A stretch of 64,000 nucleotides of DNA from Myxococcota bacterium. GTDB lineage: Bacteria > Myxococcota_C > UBA6777. This document shows, piece after piece, positions 11,101-20,100 of the stretch. A program made the position numbers and the translations under genes. The stretch is taken from positions 1-64,000 of the forward strand of contig JAKLKB010000017.1 of assembly GCA_023150835.1 (NCBI GenBank), read 5' to 3'. The notes beneath the pieces were generated by a model, which saw nothing but the letters and a program-made list of their open reading frames with translations, was not told the DNA's origin and ran no database searches. Positions within the stretch are counted from its first letter, which is position 1; each line of letters begins with the position of its first letter.

Positions 11101-11245
11101 TCGCCCCAAGCAAACGGTTATCCAATGGATCTTCCGCCTTTTGCAAGACAATCATCACCCCGCCCGCTTCGAGCGTTGGAGTCGTTTTGCAGTGGAGAAA
11201 AAGCGAGCATACGCAAAAAAACCCGAACCATCGAAAGAATCGCAT
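8129..11245 (-). CDS. Large putative lipoprotein, possibly glycoside-hydrolase-like (GH67-N/DUF4838-type N-domain)
   Basis: Start re-set to MRFFRWF. Lipobox-like LFLHC. YAVYEFLRRMGARFYHP resembles the linker preceding the barrel in GH67/GH20/DUF4838 proteins. Confidence 0.6.
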   Translation of the reverse strand: MRFFRWFGFFCVCSLFLHCKTTPTLEAGGVMIVLQKAEDPLDNRLLGAMDAYILALAGSKPHVVRLESTQHPAILDAAAKQRAGLVLVLDAHKLASDIIQEEKLKEAGADGFWLTHKDHGDWGNRLGSEGATVVYTASPSKLGRQYAVYEFLRRMGARFYHPEQEFLPRNDLGQLRERAKTPTAIAHTDKDGKPSDLYKGDFLFRSYTFHGSHPLEHQEAFSDGRHPIDEAARVNDWIIKNRGNKFRGAGRGVAPAEAREKRVKELEELRISLGFPRGAGITLHNEQQGSTGVVDRKSAVPVKEQIETYVAKRLQEVPDADEFGIHFGPTEFTTTPDKETIDWINWAGQKALSIRPDIRVMINDHTTGGQAMPNFDDLGCPSGTNSNGRVDYYDLAFHTDKRFGVKVHTVMFYPLEGPAMVYNQKTFSHKLCLMQKASSQGRILEYFPEGSWWLSFDNPIPVYLPLYLWGRGRDIELIRPLLKTRGGGTLDAHRMFNSGHEWGYWQQDYAVGLWHWKADTTLKEAVGELMDPLCKPSEWKSGCVARTEGIDVMLKLMEHQKDSFLARKDWQGTAGGLYAYFAGEDPADEIAAVSGFVFRPVRVAFREVSRWNEKQIKHFKETDIAALQAIEEAHGGFLKRLQTIQAQVPDTGRPWLDETIDGIEINQLRARQARLLYQAVIVWRETQIANENARKIDPTAPQKDPQAEAKATFDQAKQALQSAEMVIRRREKSYRYPAAQVHGGGLTPETAVPNGTTYPWRVHTKTRLMTYWNNRHDQVEALLSGKGDDPYALKITPTFASPNEAVSIAWPKVQGLSTTLQIGTQRIDPSMTRIELGKDPGYWPISGTMRADGRDIEIQGGVVRSMRRATTPSGKLNLIEPDNGLAKTTLRTLLPILQWAKIDGEKPLIVLGPDLNKDGQPLFSDIVAIPIKADAQGFESEPTQITMPVPDPATGQRALSITLSEVVLRADAASIDLQGKLTMQGKMSVDDLVNALIQLAGFDRKGALETLGGVLGFDPKNPPSGIPFKAEFPLQTTP

Positions 11246-11442
11246 CGATGTCTCAAGCTTGTTTTCAAGCAACCCGACTTGGCGCTTGAAAGGGAGGCAG
11301 TCACGGCTTTTTTTCAATGGCGTCGCTCCTATGCAAAACACGGCAGATTGGGACAAAAACAAGACCCAAATCTCGAAAGAACCGCTATTTTAGGCCAAGA
11401 CAAGTTTTTTTCCAATAGGAGTGGTGCAGTTGTCCCAAAAAA

Positions 11443-11564
11443 AGCCGTGTTCGTGATGTTCCAAGCGGAGCCGTTGTTGGTTTGAAAAGCCTTTGTTCGT
11501 TCCGCCGAATCGGGGTCAAGGGAGTCGCGCTCTATGGCGCGGTATGGGGCAAAGCCCCAAAAAA
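11443..11564 (-). repeat. Dispersed ~125-nt structured element, copy B
   Basis: Reverse complement reads TGGGGCTTTGCCCCA..CCCTTGACCCC..TTTTCAAACCAAC..CGCTTGGAA..GAACACGG. Confidence 0.75.
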
Positions 11565-11862
11565 CGAACGAGGAAGCGTCTTACAAAACGAGCGAGATGT
11601 GAAGCGCAAGAGAGAGTTGTCACGGAAGTGTTGCTTGACGTGGGGTAGGAGTTGGGTTTGATGTGGGCGGCGGGATGGGGCGGTTTTCGCAAAGAAGAGA
11701 TGAGATAGTTGTCGCAAAGAAGAAGGATAGCGTATCGTCATGGAAACGAGGCGTTGTTGGAGACGTTTGGGTATTTTTTGAGACCCACCAACACGCTGTT
11801 TGATGTATACCTTCAACAAGGATAACGCACGGTTGGGTGCAAGAAGAAGAGGAGCGAGAGAG

Positions 11863-12087
11863 ATGACGAGGATCGCAAAGAACGATGTTCATGCAGCGAT
11901 GGCGCGTGTTGCGCAACACCTCACGGATGCGCGGGCGGTGCGGATGGAAAAGTCACGCGGTCGGAGATGCGGGCCAAACTGGAGACTACAGATGGGCGAG
12001 CAGATGGTCGAAGGGAAGGCGTTTTTGGTGGGGACCGCGCCAGACGGTAGCATCGTGGGCTTGGTGGCCGATCGGATCTGAACCTGA
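11863..12087 (+). pseudogene. Degraded nuclease A inhibitor (NuiA)-family gene
   Basis: MTRIAKNDVHAAM.. shifts frame to GGADGKVTRSEMRAKL, then returns to FLVGTAPDGSIVGLVADRI*T*. This resembles the N- and C-termini of myxobacterial NuiA-domain proteins (from memory), with a frameshift, an internal deletion and a probable TGG>TGA. Confidence 0.55.
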
Positions 12088-12136
12088 GCGCATCGAACAA
12101 AAGGAATTGTCCTTCTTTGCGAACGGAGCGTGACCC

Positions 12137-13207
12137 GTGTCTCATTCTTCTCCCGTTGCTGCGCCTCGATCGACTTCTCATCGGCGTGCGGTGGTGTTGT
12201 TTTGGTTGGGTGTGTTGATCGCAGCGGTGATGTTGTTTTGGAGCTTGCGCGGGGTGGCGTGGGTGGACTTGCACAAGGCGCTACTGGGGGCGAAGTGGCG
12301 GTGGTTGCTTGTGGCGTTGGGATTGATGGCGTGTTCGATGGGGATGCGAGCGTTGCGGTGGGCTACGTTGTTTCCTCCTTCGTTGGGGTTGAGTGGGCGG
12401 AGCGTCTTTGCGCCGATGATGGTGGGGTATTTGTTTAACCTGCTTTTGCCCGGGCGGATGGGGGAGTTGGTGCGTTCGGTGGCGTTGGCGAAACAAACGC
12501 AAAAGCCGGCGAGCGGGATCTTGGCGACGATCGTGGTGGAGCGTTTGGTGGATGCGCTGCTGATGGTGTTGTTTGCGGTGGTGTGGTGGGTGAATTTTCG
12601 GCCTGAGTTTTCGGGGGGAGCGGGGATCGGGATCTTGGCGGTGGGGTTGGTGGGTGTGTTGTGTGCATTGGTCGTGATCCGGGCCGAAGTGGCGTGGGTG
12701 GATCGGTTGCTGCGGTCCATCCTACGGGTCTTTCCAACGAAGTTGAGCGAACTGGTCTGGCGGTTGTATCTGCATTTTCGGGAGGGGCTGCGCTCGATGG
12801 CCGATGCTCGGCAGTTTGGGCGATTTTTGGGGATCACACTCTTGATCTGGAGTGTCGAGTGGGTGACCTTGTCGTGCTTGTTGTGGACCTTTTCGCTCTC
12901 GTTGAAACCTTTGGAAGTGGCGTTTTTGTTGGCGGCGGTCGCGCTTGGAAGTGCGATCTTGCCTGCCCCCGGGCAAGTCGGAACCTTTCAGTTTTTTGCG
13001 ATCCAAGCCGCGATGATCTTGGGCGTGCAAAAGACCACAGCTACGGGGTTTGCGTTGATTTGGCATGCCGCAGTGTTTTCGACGCTTGCGCTGTTGGGAG
13101 TGGGAGCGTTGTTGTGGTTGCGGCAGCGTTGGGCCAGATGGATGTGGTCGTTGGATATCTCGGAGAATCCGACGGATGTGGAAAAAAATAGCCACACCAC
13201 CGCTTGA
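12137..13207 (+). CDS. Lysylphosphatidylglycerol synthase TM-domain / UPF0104 flippase-like protein
   Basis: RALRW..VGYLFNLLLPGRMGELVR..ATIVVERLVD..LPAPGQVGTFQ motifs; multi-TM. Confidence 0.88.
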   Translation: MSHSSPVAAPRSTSHRRAVVLFWLGVLIAAVMLFWSLRGVAWVDLHKALLGAKWRWLLVALGLMACSMGMRALRWATLFPPSLGLSGRSVFAPMMVGYLFNLLLPGRMGELVRSVALAKQTQKPASGILATIVVERLVDALLMVLFAVVWWVNFRPEFSGGAGIGILAVGLVGVLCALVVIRAEVAWVDRLLRSILRVFPTKLSELVWRLYLHFREGLRSMADARQFGRFLGITLLIWSVEWVTLSCLLWTFSLSLKPLEVAFLLAAVALGSAILPAPGQVGTFQFFAIQAAMILGVQKTTATGFALIWHAAVFSTLALLGVGALLWLRQRWARWMWSLDISENPTDVEKNSHTTA

Positions 13208-13373
13208 ATGAAATCGTCTTTTTAATTGACCGATTGGGCCTCCTGTGAAATAAAATGGCAGGCACGCCGTCAAAAAAACCGTGTTCGCGTTCGTTCAAGC
13301 GGCGCAGGTGTTCGCGTCAACGGCATCTTGATGAATCGTTTTCATTACTATTTTGTGGAGAGGAGTCCAATAC

Positions 13374-14456
13374 ATGACCAAATCCCCTTTCTTTCAAACG
13401 CTTCTTGCGAAGAGCATCCCCTTGGTGGCGGCCTTGTTTCTCGTAAGCCTGTGGGCTACAGGTTGCCCCGCACCTACAAACAACGAGCAAGCCACCGAAA
13501 CGACCACCGAAAAAGTGGCCGACGGCAGCACCGAATCGACCCCTGAAGCCACCGCAGAAAAACAAGTCGAAGCCACCCCTGAAACCCAAGCCGAAGCTAC
13601 CCCCGAAACCCAAGCCGAAGCCACCCCCGAAACCCAAGCCGAAGCCACCCCCGAAGCTACGGGCTCTTTGTATCAGCGCCTTGGTGAAGAAGCTGGCATC
13701 CAAAAGGTCGTGGGGGATTTTGTCAACCGTGTCGTCGCGGATAGCAAGATCAACGGCTATTTCTTGAACAGCACCGTCGATGGTCAGCGCTTCACAGGCT
13801 GTTTGTTCAAACAAATCGGCCAAGCCACGGGCGGTCCACAAAAATACGATTGCAAAGGCATGAAAGAAACCCACCAAGGGATGGGCATTTCCAAGCAAGA
13901 CTTTACGGATCTGGTCGGTCATCTCGTTGATTCCCTTAAAGACGCCAAAGTCGCGCAAGCTGATATCGACGCCGTCGTTGCTGTTCTCGCTCCGATGGAA
14001 AAAGATATCGTTGAAGATGCCGACAACAACAAGACTTTTTACCAACGTGTCGGGCGCCGTCCCGGCATCGAAGTGGTGCTCAATTTATTTCTTGTGCGCG
14101 TTGTAAAAGACACCACCGTCAGCACTTTCTTTGCGAACGTCACCAACTCCGACCGTTTTTTGACTTGCTTTGCCCGCCTCGTCTGCAACGTTGACGGGCC
14201 TTGCCAATACGGGAAAGAGCCTGCCCTCGGTGAAAAAGGCGCTGATGACAAAAAGCCTTGCTTGCCCATGGCGGACGCCCACAAAGGTCTTGGGATCTCG
14301 CATCAAGACTTTACCACCGTCGTCGGCCATCTCGTCGATTCTCTGAAAGAAGCCAAAGTTGCACAAGCCGATATCGATGCCTTCTCCAAAGGCGTTGTTG
14401 GCACTGTGTGTCCTGATATCGTTGCCGTCGGAAAAGACCAATGCGCTAAGCCTTGA
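13374..14456 (+). CDS. Lipoprotein with two tandem group-1 truncated hemoglobin domains (paralog 1)
   Basis: AGGAG RBS; lipobox LWATGC; EATPETQA linker repeats; two TrHb1 domains SLYQRLG..GGPQKY..MKETH..GIS..DF and TFYQRVG..MADAH..GISHQDF. Confidence 0.88.
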   Translation: MTKSPFFQTLLAKSIPLVAALFLVSLWATGCPAPTNNEQATETTTEKVADGSTESTPEATAEKQVEATPETQAEATPETQAEATPETQAEATPEATGSLYQRLGEEAGIQKVVGDFVNRVVADSKINGYFLNSTVDGQRFTGCLFKQIGQATGGPQKYDCKGMKETHQGMGISKQDFTDLVGHLVDSLKDAKVAQADIDAVVAVLAPMEKDIVEDADNNKTFYQRVGRRPGIEVVLNLFLVRVVKDTTVSTFFANVTNSDRFLTCFARLVCNVDGPCQYGKEPALGEKGADDKKPCLPMADAHKGLGISHQDFTTVVGHLVDSLKEAKVAQADIDAFSKGVVGTVCPDIVAVGKDQCAKP

Positions 14457-14785
14457 TCTCATACAAACGCATGACGATCACGCTCGATCCTCCGATGCTT
14501 CCATCTTGCGCTTGTGGTGTACGGGGCTTGGCCCTCTTGCGGGGCTTGGCTGCCCGCCCCATCATCGAGCCAGCCCGTGTTTTTCCCGATCGGTTGCGTA
14601 CACTCCCGTCTCTTTGAGATGGCGCACAAGAGGGAACCCGTCACAAGGGAACGTTGCGTGAGGGCAACTGTGAAGGAAAGACTTGGGCAGGAGAATTCTT
14701 CGCGTGAGGCGAAGGATATCGAAAACGTTCGCGTGAACGGCATCTTGATGAATCGTCTTCTTTTTTGTGGAGAGGAATCCAGCAC

Positions 14786-15844
14786 ATGACCAAACCCCCT
14801 TTCTTTCAAACGTTTTTTGCGAAGATCATCCCCTTGGTGGCGGCCTTGTTTCTCGTAAGCCTGTGGTCCACAGGTTGCCCCGCACCTACAAACAACGAGC
14901 AAGCCACCGAAACAACCACCGAAAAAGTGGCCGACGGCAGCACCGAATCGACCCCTGAAGCCACCGCAGAAAAACAAGCCGAAGCCACCCCCGAAACCCA
15001 AGCCGAGGCTACCCCCGAAACCCAAGTCGAAGCCACCCCCGAAGCTACGGGCTCTTTGTACCAACGCCTTGGTGAAGAAGCCGGCATCCAGAAGGTGGTG
15101 GGGAATTTTGTGGAGCGAGTGGTCAAAGATACCAAGATCAACGGCTATTTCTTGAACAGCACTCTTGATAGCACGCGCTTTACAGGCTGTTTGGTCAAAC
15201 AAATCGGCCAAGCCACGGGCGGCCCGCAAAAATACGATTGCAAAGGCATGAAAGAAACCCACCAAGGGATGGGGGTTTCCAAACAAGACTTTACGGATCT
15301 GGTCGGCCATCTCGTCGATGCTCTCAAAGAGGCCAAAGTTGCACAAGCTGATATCGACGCCATCGCTGCTGTTCTCACTCCGATGGAAAAAGATATCGTC
15401 GAAGATGCCGACAACAACAAGACCTTTTACCAACGTGTTGGACGCCGCCCCGCCATCGAAGTGGTGATCGCTGACTTTCTCAAGCGCGTCTTGGCAGACA
15501 CCACCATCAGCACTTTCTTCGCAAACACCCTCAACACCACCCGCCTGAATACTTGTCTTGTGCGCCTCGTCTGCAACGTCGACGGGCCTTGCCAATACGG
15601 GAAAGAACCTTCCTTTGGTGAGCTGGGACCCGACGACAAAAAGCCTTGTTTGAGCATGGCAAACGCCCACAAAGGTCTCGGGATCTCGCATCAAGACTTT
15701 ACCACCTTGGTCGGCCATCTCGTCGATGCCCTCAAGGCCGCCAAAGTCGCACAAGCTGATATCGATTCCTTCTCCAAAGGCGTCGTTGGCACCGTCTGTC
15801 CTGATATCGTTGAAGTCGGAAAAGACCAGTGCGCCAAGCCTTGA
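14786..15844 (+). CDS. Lipoprotein with two tandem group-1 truncated hemoglobin domains (paralog 2)
   Basis: Near-identical to 13374..14456, including the upstream non-coding DNA; one fewer linker repeat. Confidence 0.88.
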   Translation: MTKPPFFQTFFAKIIPLVAALFLVSLWSTGCPAPTNNEQATETTTEKVADGSTESTPEATAEKQAEATPETQAEATPETQVEATPEATGSLYQRLGEEAGIQKVVGNFVERVVKDTKINGYFLNSTLDSTRFTGCLVKQIGQATGGPQKYDCKGMKETHQGMGVSKQDFTDLVGHLVDALKEAKVAQADIDAIAAVLTPMEKDIVEDADNNKTFYQRVGRRPAIEVVIADFLKRVLADTTISTFFANTLNTTRLNTCLVRLVCNVDGPCQYGKEPSFGELGPDDKKPCLSMANAHKGLGISHQDFTTLVGHLVDALKAAKVAQADIDSFSKGVVGTVCPDIVEVGKDQCAKP

Positions 15845-16009
15845 TCTAAACCACTCCCAACGGTTTTGATGTTTCTCTCTTCTGCGGTCTACTCCTTGCC
15901 TACCTCGCTTCTGTGGCTTTCTTCTTCATGGTTTGCTGTTCTTTCCTTGCCGGAAACGATGTTCTCCCTCCATCGTTCGCGCCGAGAGAGCTTGCTTTTG
16001 GGGTGTTTG

Positions 16010-17014
16010 ATGAGTTCCTCGATATCCCGTACCCTTGCTTTTGTTTGTTTGTTTGGGGGTCTGCTGAGCGCGTCTTGGTACAGCATACGCGGCTATCGCG
16101 CTTGGCAACGCCGCCAAGCGTTGTCGAAGCCGTGGGTGCATGCTTTTCAAGAGCCTGATTTGAAGCTGCCCAAAACACCGCGCCTCCGAGTCTTTGGAAT
16201 GTTTGTTGGAGAATCCTCTTTGGCCGAAGCACAGGCTTTTACGCAAGCGCAGCGTTTCGTATGCCAAGACAACTCTGTTCGTGCCCTGATGCGTCGACAA
16301 CGCGCTGCTCGTGTTGAAAAGTTGCGCGCTCAAGGCAAGATCGACGCTCTCTCTGGCGCGACGTGGAATCGCCCCAGCCCCCGCGAACGCAACCCCTCGA
16401 TCCGTTGGAATTGTGAAAAAGTCCTCGCTTCCCAATGGGCAGATCTCCCCCGACCCACCAAGGTTTGGGGCCGTTTGCTTTATGTCTTCGATAGCCCCCA
16501 ACATCCTTTGCGCCACGCCTCCTTTCAATACGATCTGCACCCTTCCAAGGCGCTTTCCGCCTTCCGCTCGGTCGTTTCGTACTACCAAACCCGCTTGGGC
16601 GCCCCCTCCCTCTCCAAAGACGATCGTCCTATCCCACTCTCCAAAGACGATCCCCCTCTTGCCCGAACCCTCAACCCCATAAATGCCCCGCCGCCTCGGC
16701 CTTCTTCTCAACCGACCGCCTCGGTTTCGGCTTCTCGGCCTGCCTCTTTGGTCTCCGTTTCTCGATCTGCTCCGATCGTTGCGGTCCCTTCGGCTTTTTC
16801 TGCTCCCCATAACGCAATGCTCCGACCTTCCTCAGACCCCGACTGGCTGGCTCAAACCCGCAAGTATGATCGCTTCCGTCGGGTATGGCGCTTCTCTGGG
16901 CTTCGCGTCCAGATCACGCTGCGCAGTTTTGGCGGATGGTTCAATCTCTCCGAAAGCATCGAAGTCCCTTGGCCGATCCGCCCTGATGCGCCTTTTGTTT
17001 CTCGAAAAAAATAG
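16010..17014 (+). CDS. Hypothetical membrane-anchored protein with Pro/Ser-rich insert (start uncertain)
   Basis: Long ORF open from 15866; N-terminal hydrophobic segment after MSSSISR. Confidence 0.6.
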   Translation: MSSSISRTLAFVCLFGGLLSASWYSIRGYRAWQRRQALSKPWVHAFQEPDLKLPKTPRLRVFGMFVGESSLAEAQAFTQAQRFVCQDNSVRALMRRQRAARVEKLRAQGKIDALSGATWNRPSPRERNPSIRWNCEKVLASQWADLPRPTKVWGRLLYVFDSPQHPLRHASFQYDLHPSKALSAFRSVVSYYQTRLGAPSLSKDDRPIPLSKDDPPLARTLNPINAPPPRPSSQPTASVSASRPASLVSVSRSAPIVAVPSAFSAPHNAMLRPSSDPDWLAQTRKYDRFRRVWRFSGLRVQITLRSFGGWFNLSESIEVPWPIRPDAPFVSRKK

Positions 17015-17045
17015 TCTACGGCTTTTCTTCGGGCTGGTCTGTCTG

Positions 17046-17179
17046 AGGGACCGAAAGCCCCTTGACCCCGAAAGGGGCGAAACGATCACTGTTTTTCAAA
17101 CCAACGACACTCTCGCTTGGTATGGGTGCGAACACGGGGGTTGTTCGCTTGAATGGGTGCGAACACGGGGGTTTTGTCA
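17046..17179 (+). repeat. Dispersed element, copy C (left hairpin missing, right end duplicated)
   Basis: AGGGACCGAAAGCCCCTTGACCCC..TTTTTCAAACCAAC..CGCTTG..GAACACGGGG, with the last part present twice. Confidence 0.75.
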
Positions 17180-20100
17180 CAAGGGCTTACCTTGGAGGGC
17201 GATCAGGCGGGCGTGTTGGGTCAAGAGCGCGATATCGAGGCGCTGCGATTGTAGGCGGATGGAGAGGTAGCGTTTGAGATGTCCGAGAAGGTTGGAGAAA
17301 TCTTCTTTGCCGACTTGGTAGCTTGCGAGTGAAGCTTGGTAGGTCTGGAGGGCGAGCGGCAGGAGTTGTGTGTTGGTAAGCTGCTGTTGTTCTCGGAGAT
17401 TGCGGGACTCTTGGAAGGTATCGCTCAGTTGTTGGCGCAGATCAGAGAGCAGCTCGCGTAGGCGTTTTTGCGCCGTGACAAAACGGGCGGTGGCTTCTTC
17501 GGCGAGACCTTGACGTGCGCTGTTTCCCCACGTCGGCAGCGGAATCTGGATGCCAAACGACAGAAACGGCTCGCCTTGATCCGCGCTGTTTTCAAAGCGT
17601 TGCTGGATCGTCAAGCGCAACATGATCTCAGGCCAGTATTGGGCTTGTGCGAGATCTTTGAGCTGTTTGGCTTGTAGCGCGTCGCTGTGCCAATACCGCA
17701 GCATCGGTCGTGATCGAAGCACTTCTTCCCACGCGACCGCTTGGTCTTTTGGAAAAACCATCGGTAGCTTCAGCGCCCTTGCCCATCGAGCAAGCAGAAG
17801 ATTCGATGTGACGGGCTGCGTCGCTACTTGGGTCTCGGACAGGACTGATGCTCCGATGGTTGAAGCCGTTGGGTTGAAAGCAGCGGCGGTCGGTGGGGTG
17901 ATGGTGGAAGAGGCGGTGGTTCGGGCAGATGGAACGGCGGCGGTGGAAGAGGCGGTGGTTCGGGCAGATGGAGCGGCGGCGGTGGAAGAGGCGGTGGTTC
18001 GGGCAGATGGGGCGGCGGCGGTGGAAGAGGCGGTGGTTTGGGAATATCGGGCGGCGGTGGAAGCGGCGGTGGTTCGGGCAGATGGGGCGGCGGCGGTGGA
18101 AGCGGCGGTGGTTTGGGAATATCGGGCGGTTGTGCTGGGAGCAGGCGAGGTGAGGCGTTGGATTTGAAGAAGTCTTCGTTGGGCTTGTCGTTGGATTTGA
18201 AGGGCTTCTTGTTGGAGTTGTGCGAGTTGGAGCAGAGCGAGCAGGAGGTCTTGTTTGCGAGAGGTGGAGGCGGCGTATCGGGTGCGTGCGACGGCAGCGA
18301 TCTGTTGGGTGATCTGGTAAAGTTCGCGGCGCAAGTGCCATTGGAGGCGGAGATCGAACAGGGCCAAGAGATGCTCGCGTAGCTCGTAGGCGATCTTGGT
18401 TTGGCTTTCTTGCAACAAGAAATGGAGTTTGTGAAGTTCGGCTTGTGCGATGGCTTTTTGCGCTGCAAGACGCCCAAGTATCGGGAACTTTTGGCCGATG
18501 GAGTATTGGATGCCCGTCATCATGTTGGGGCGGAAGTTGGGCAGAGGGAAGTTGTTGGCTTGGATGCCGATCTCCAGATCAGGCCAAGCACCCGCTTGTT
18601 TGATGCGCGCAGCAGCCACCGCAAATTGCGAGCGGATGCGTTGAAGTGTGGGGTTGTGGCTCGCCGTTTGGGCCCAAAGGTCGGCGAACGTCGGCAACGC
18701 AACGAATACACGAGGCGGTGTTGGAAATGGCGCATCTTCGGGTTGAACAGACGCTGCTTGGAGCGAAGAGGGCCACCCAAGCCACAGCATCAACAGGGCA
18801 ACGGAGACGCTGGTTCGCAGGACAGGAGATGCAGCGGATAGTGCAGGGGCTTGTGTGTGGCGTCGGTATCTGCGCTCTTCGCGCCAACAGTAAAGGACGG
18901 GAACGAGAAAGAGTGTCAATAGCTCGATGAACATCCCGCCAAACGAAGGGATCGCCATCGGGATCATGATATCCGAGCCTCGGCCCGAAGAAGAAAGAAC
19001 GGGCAGAAGCGCAAGGAGGGTGGTTGCAGTAGTCATCAAGCAGGCGCGGATACGCCGTTGTCCCGCTGCTACGGTGATCTCGCGGATCTCGTCGATCGAT
19101 TGAGGGGCTTTGCTTTGGAAGGACTGATCGAGGTATGTGGCGATCACAACACCATCGTCTGAGGCGATGCCAAAAAGCGCGATAAACCCGACCCACACCG
19201 CGATGCTCATTTGGAAAGCTTGGATGTGGAAGACTTCGCGCATCGGTGCGCCAAACACCGAAAAATCAAGAAACCAAGGCTGTGCATACAGCCACAACAT
19301 CAAGAAGCCACCCGACCACGCCACCCCGATCCCTAGAAAAACAAACAGAGTTGTCGAGGTCTGGCGGAACTGGAGATAGAGCAGCAAGAAGATCAAAAAC
19401 AGAGAAAGTGGAAGGATCACCAGCAAACGCTTTTCGGCGCGGATCTGGTTTTGATAGGTTCCTGCAAAGACGTAACTCACACCCGCAGGGAGCTTCCATT
19501 GACCTGTGTCGCGTTGGGAGCGCAGGTAGGCTTGCGCTGCTTCGACCGTTTCGATCTCGCCGTAGCTTGGGTTGCGATCGAAGATCACATAGGCCACCAA
19601 GAACGTATCTTCGCTTTTGATCATCTGCGGGCCACGGGTATAACGGATCTGCGCGAGTTGAAATATCGGGATCTGCGTGCCTGTCGGAGAGGCGATCATG
19701 ATACGCCGGAGGGCGTCGGGGCTGTTGCGTAGTTCGCGTGGATACCGCAACACCACGTTATAACGCTCGCGCCCTTCGACGGTCGTCGTCACCTTCATCC
19801 CTCCGATGGCCATCTGGAGGGTGCGCTGAACGTCGGCGACTTGGAGTCCATAACGGGCGATGGCACGCCGATCGATGATGAATTCGAGATAAGGCTTACC
19901 GACCACGCGATCCGCGATCACCGTTGCAGGCGAGATCTGCGGCACTTTTTTCAAAAAGCCCTCGACCTGTAAGGCCACGCGCTCTAACGTCCGTAGATCA
20001 GGGGCTTTGATCTTGACGCCCATCGGTGCGCGCATCCCGCTTTGGAGCATCACGATCCGCGCACCGATCGGTTGTAGCAACGGGGCAGAGGTGGTTCCCG

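Noticed and set aside
13310-13345. Duplicated upstream motif (CGGCATCTTGATGAATCGT) before both globin genes as an FNR box
   Set aside because: Only a TTGAT half-site without the ATCAA partner; its conservation is explained by the recent gene duplication.
14459-15754. Long antisense ORFs opposite the globin, DUF3754, kinase and ABC genes
   Set aside because: These are shadow frames typical of GC-rich coding DNA and show no independent motifs.
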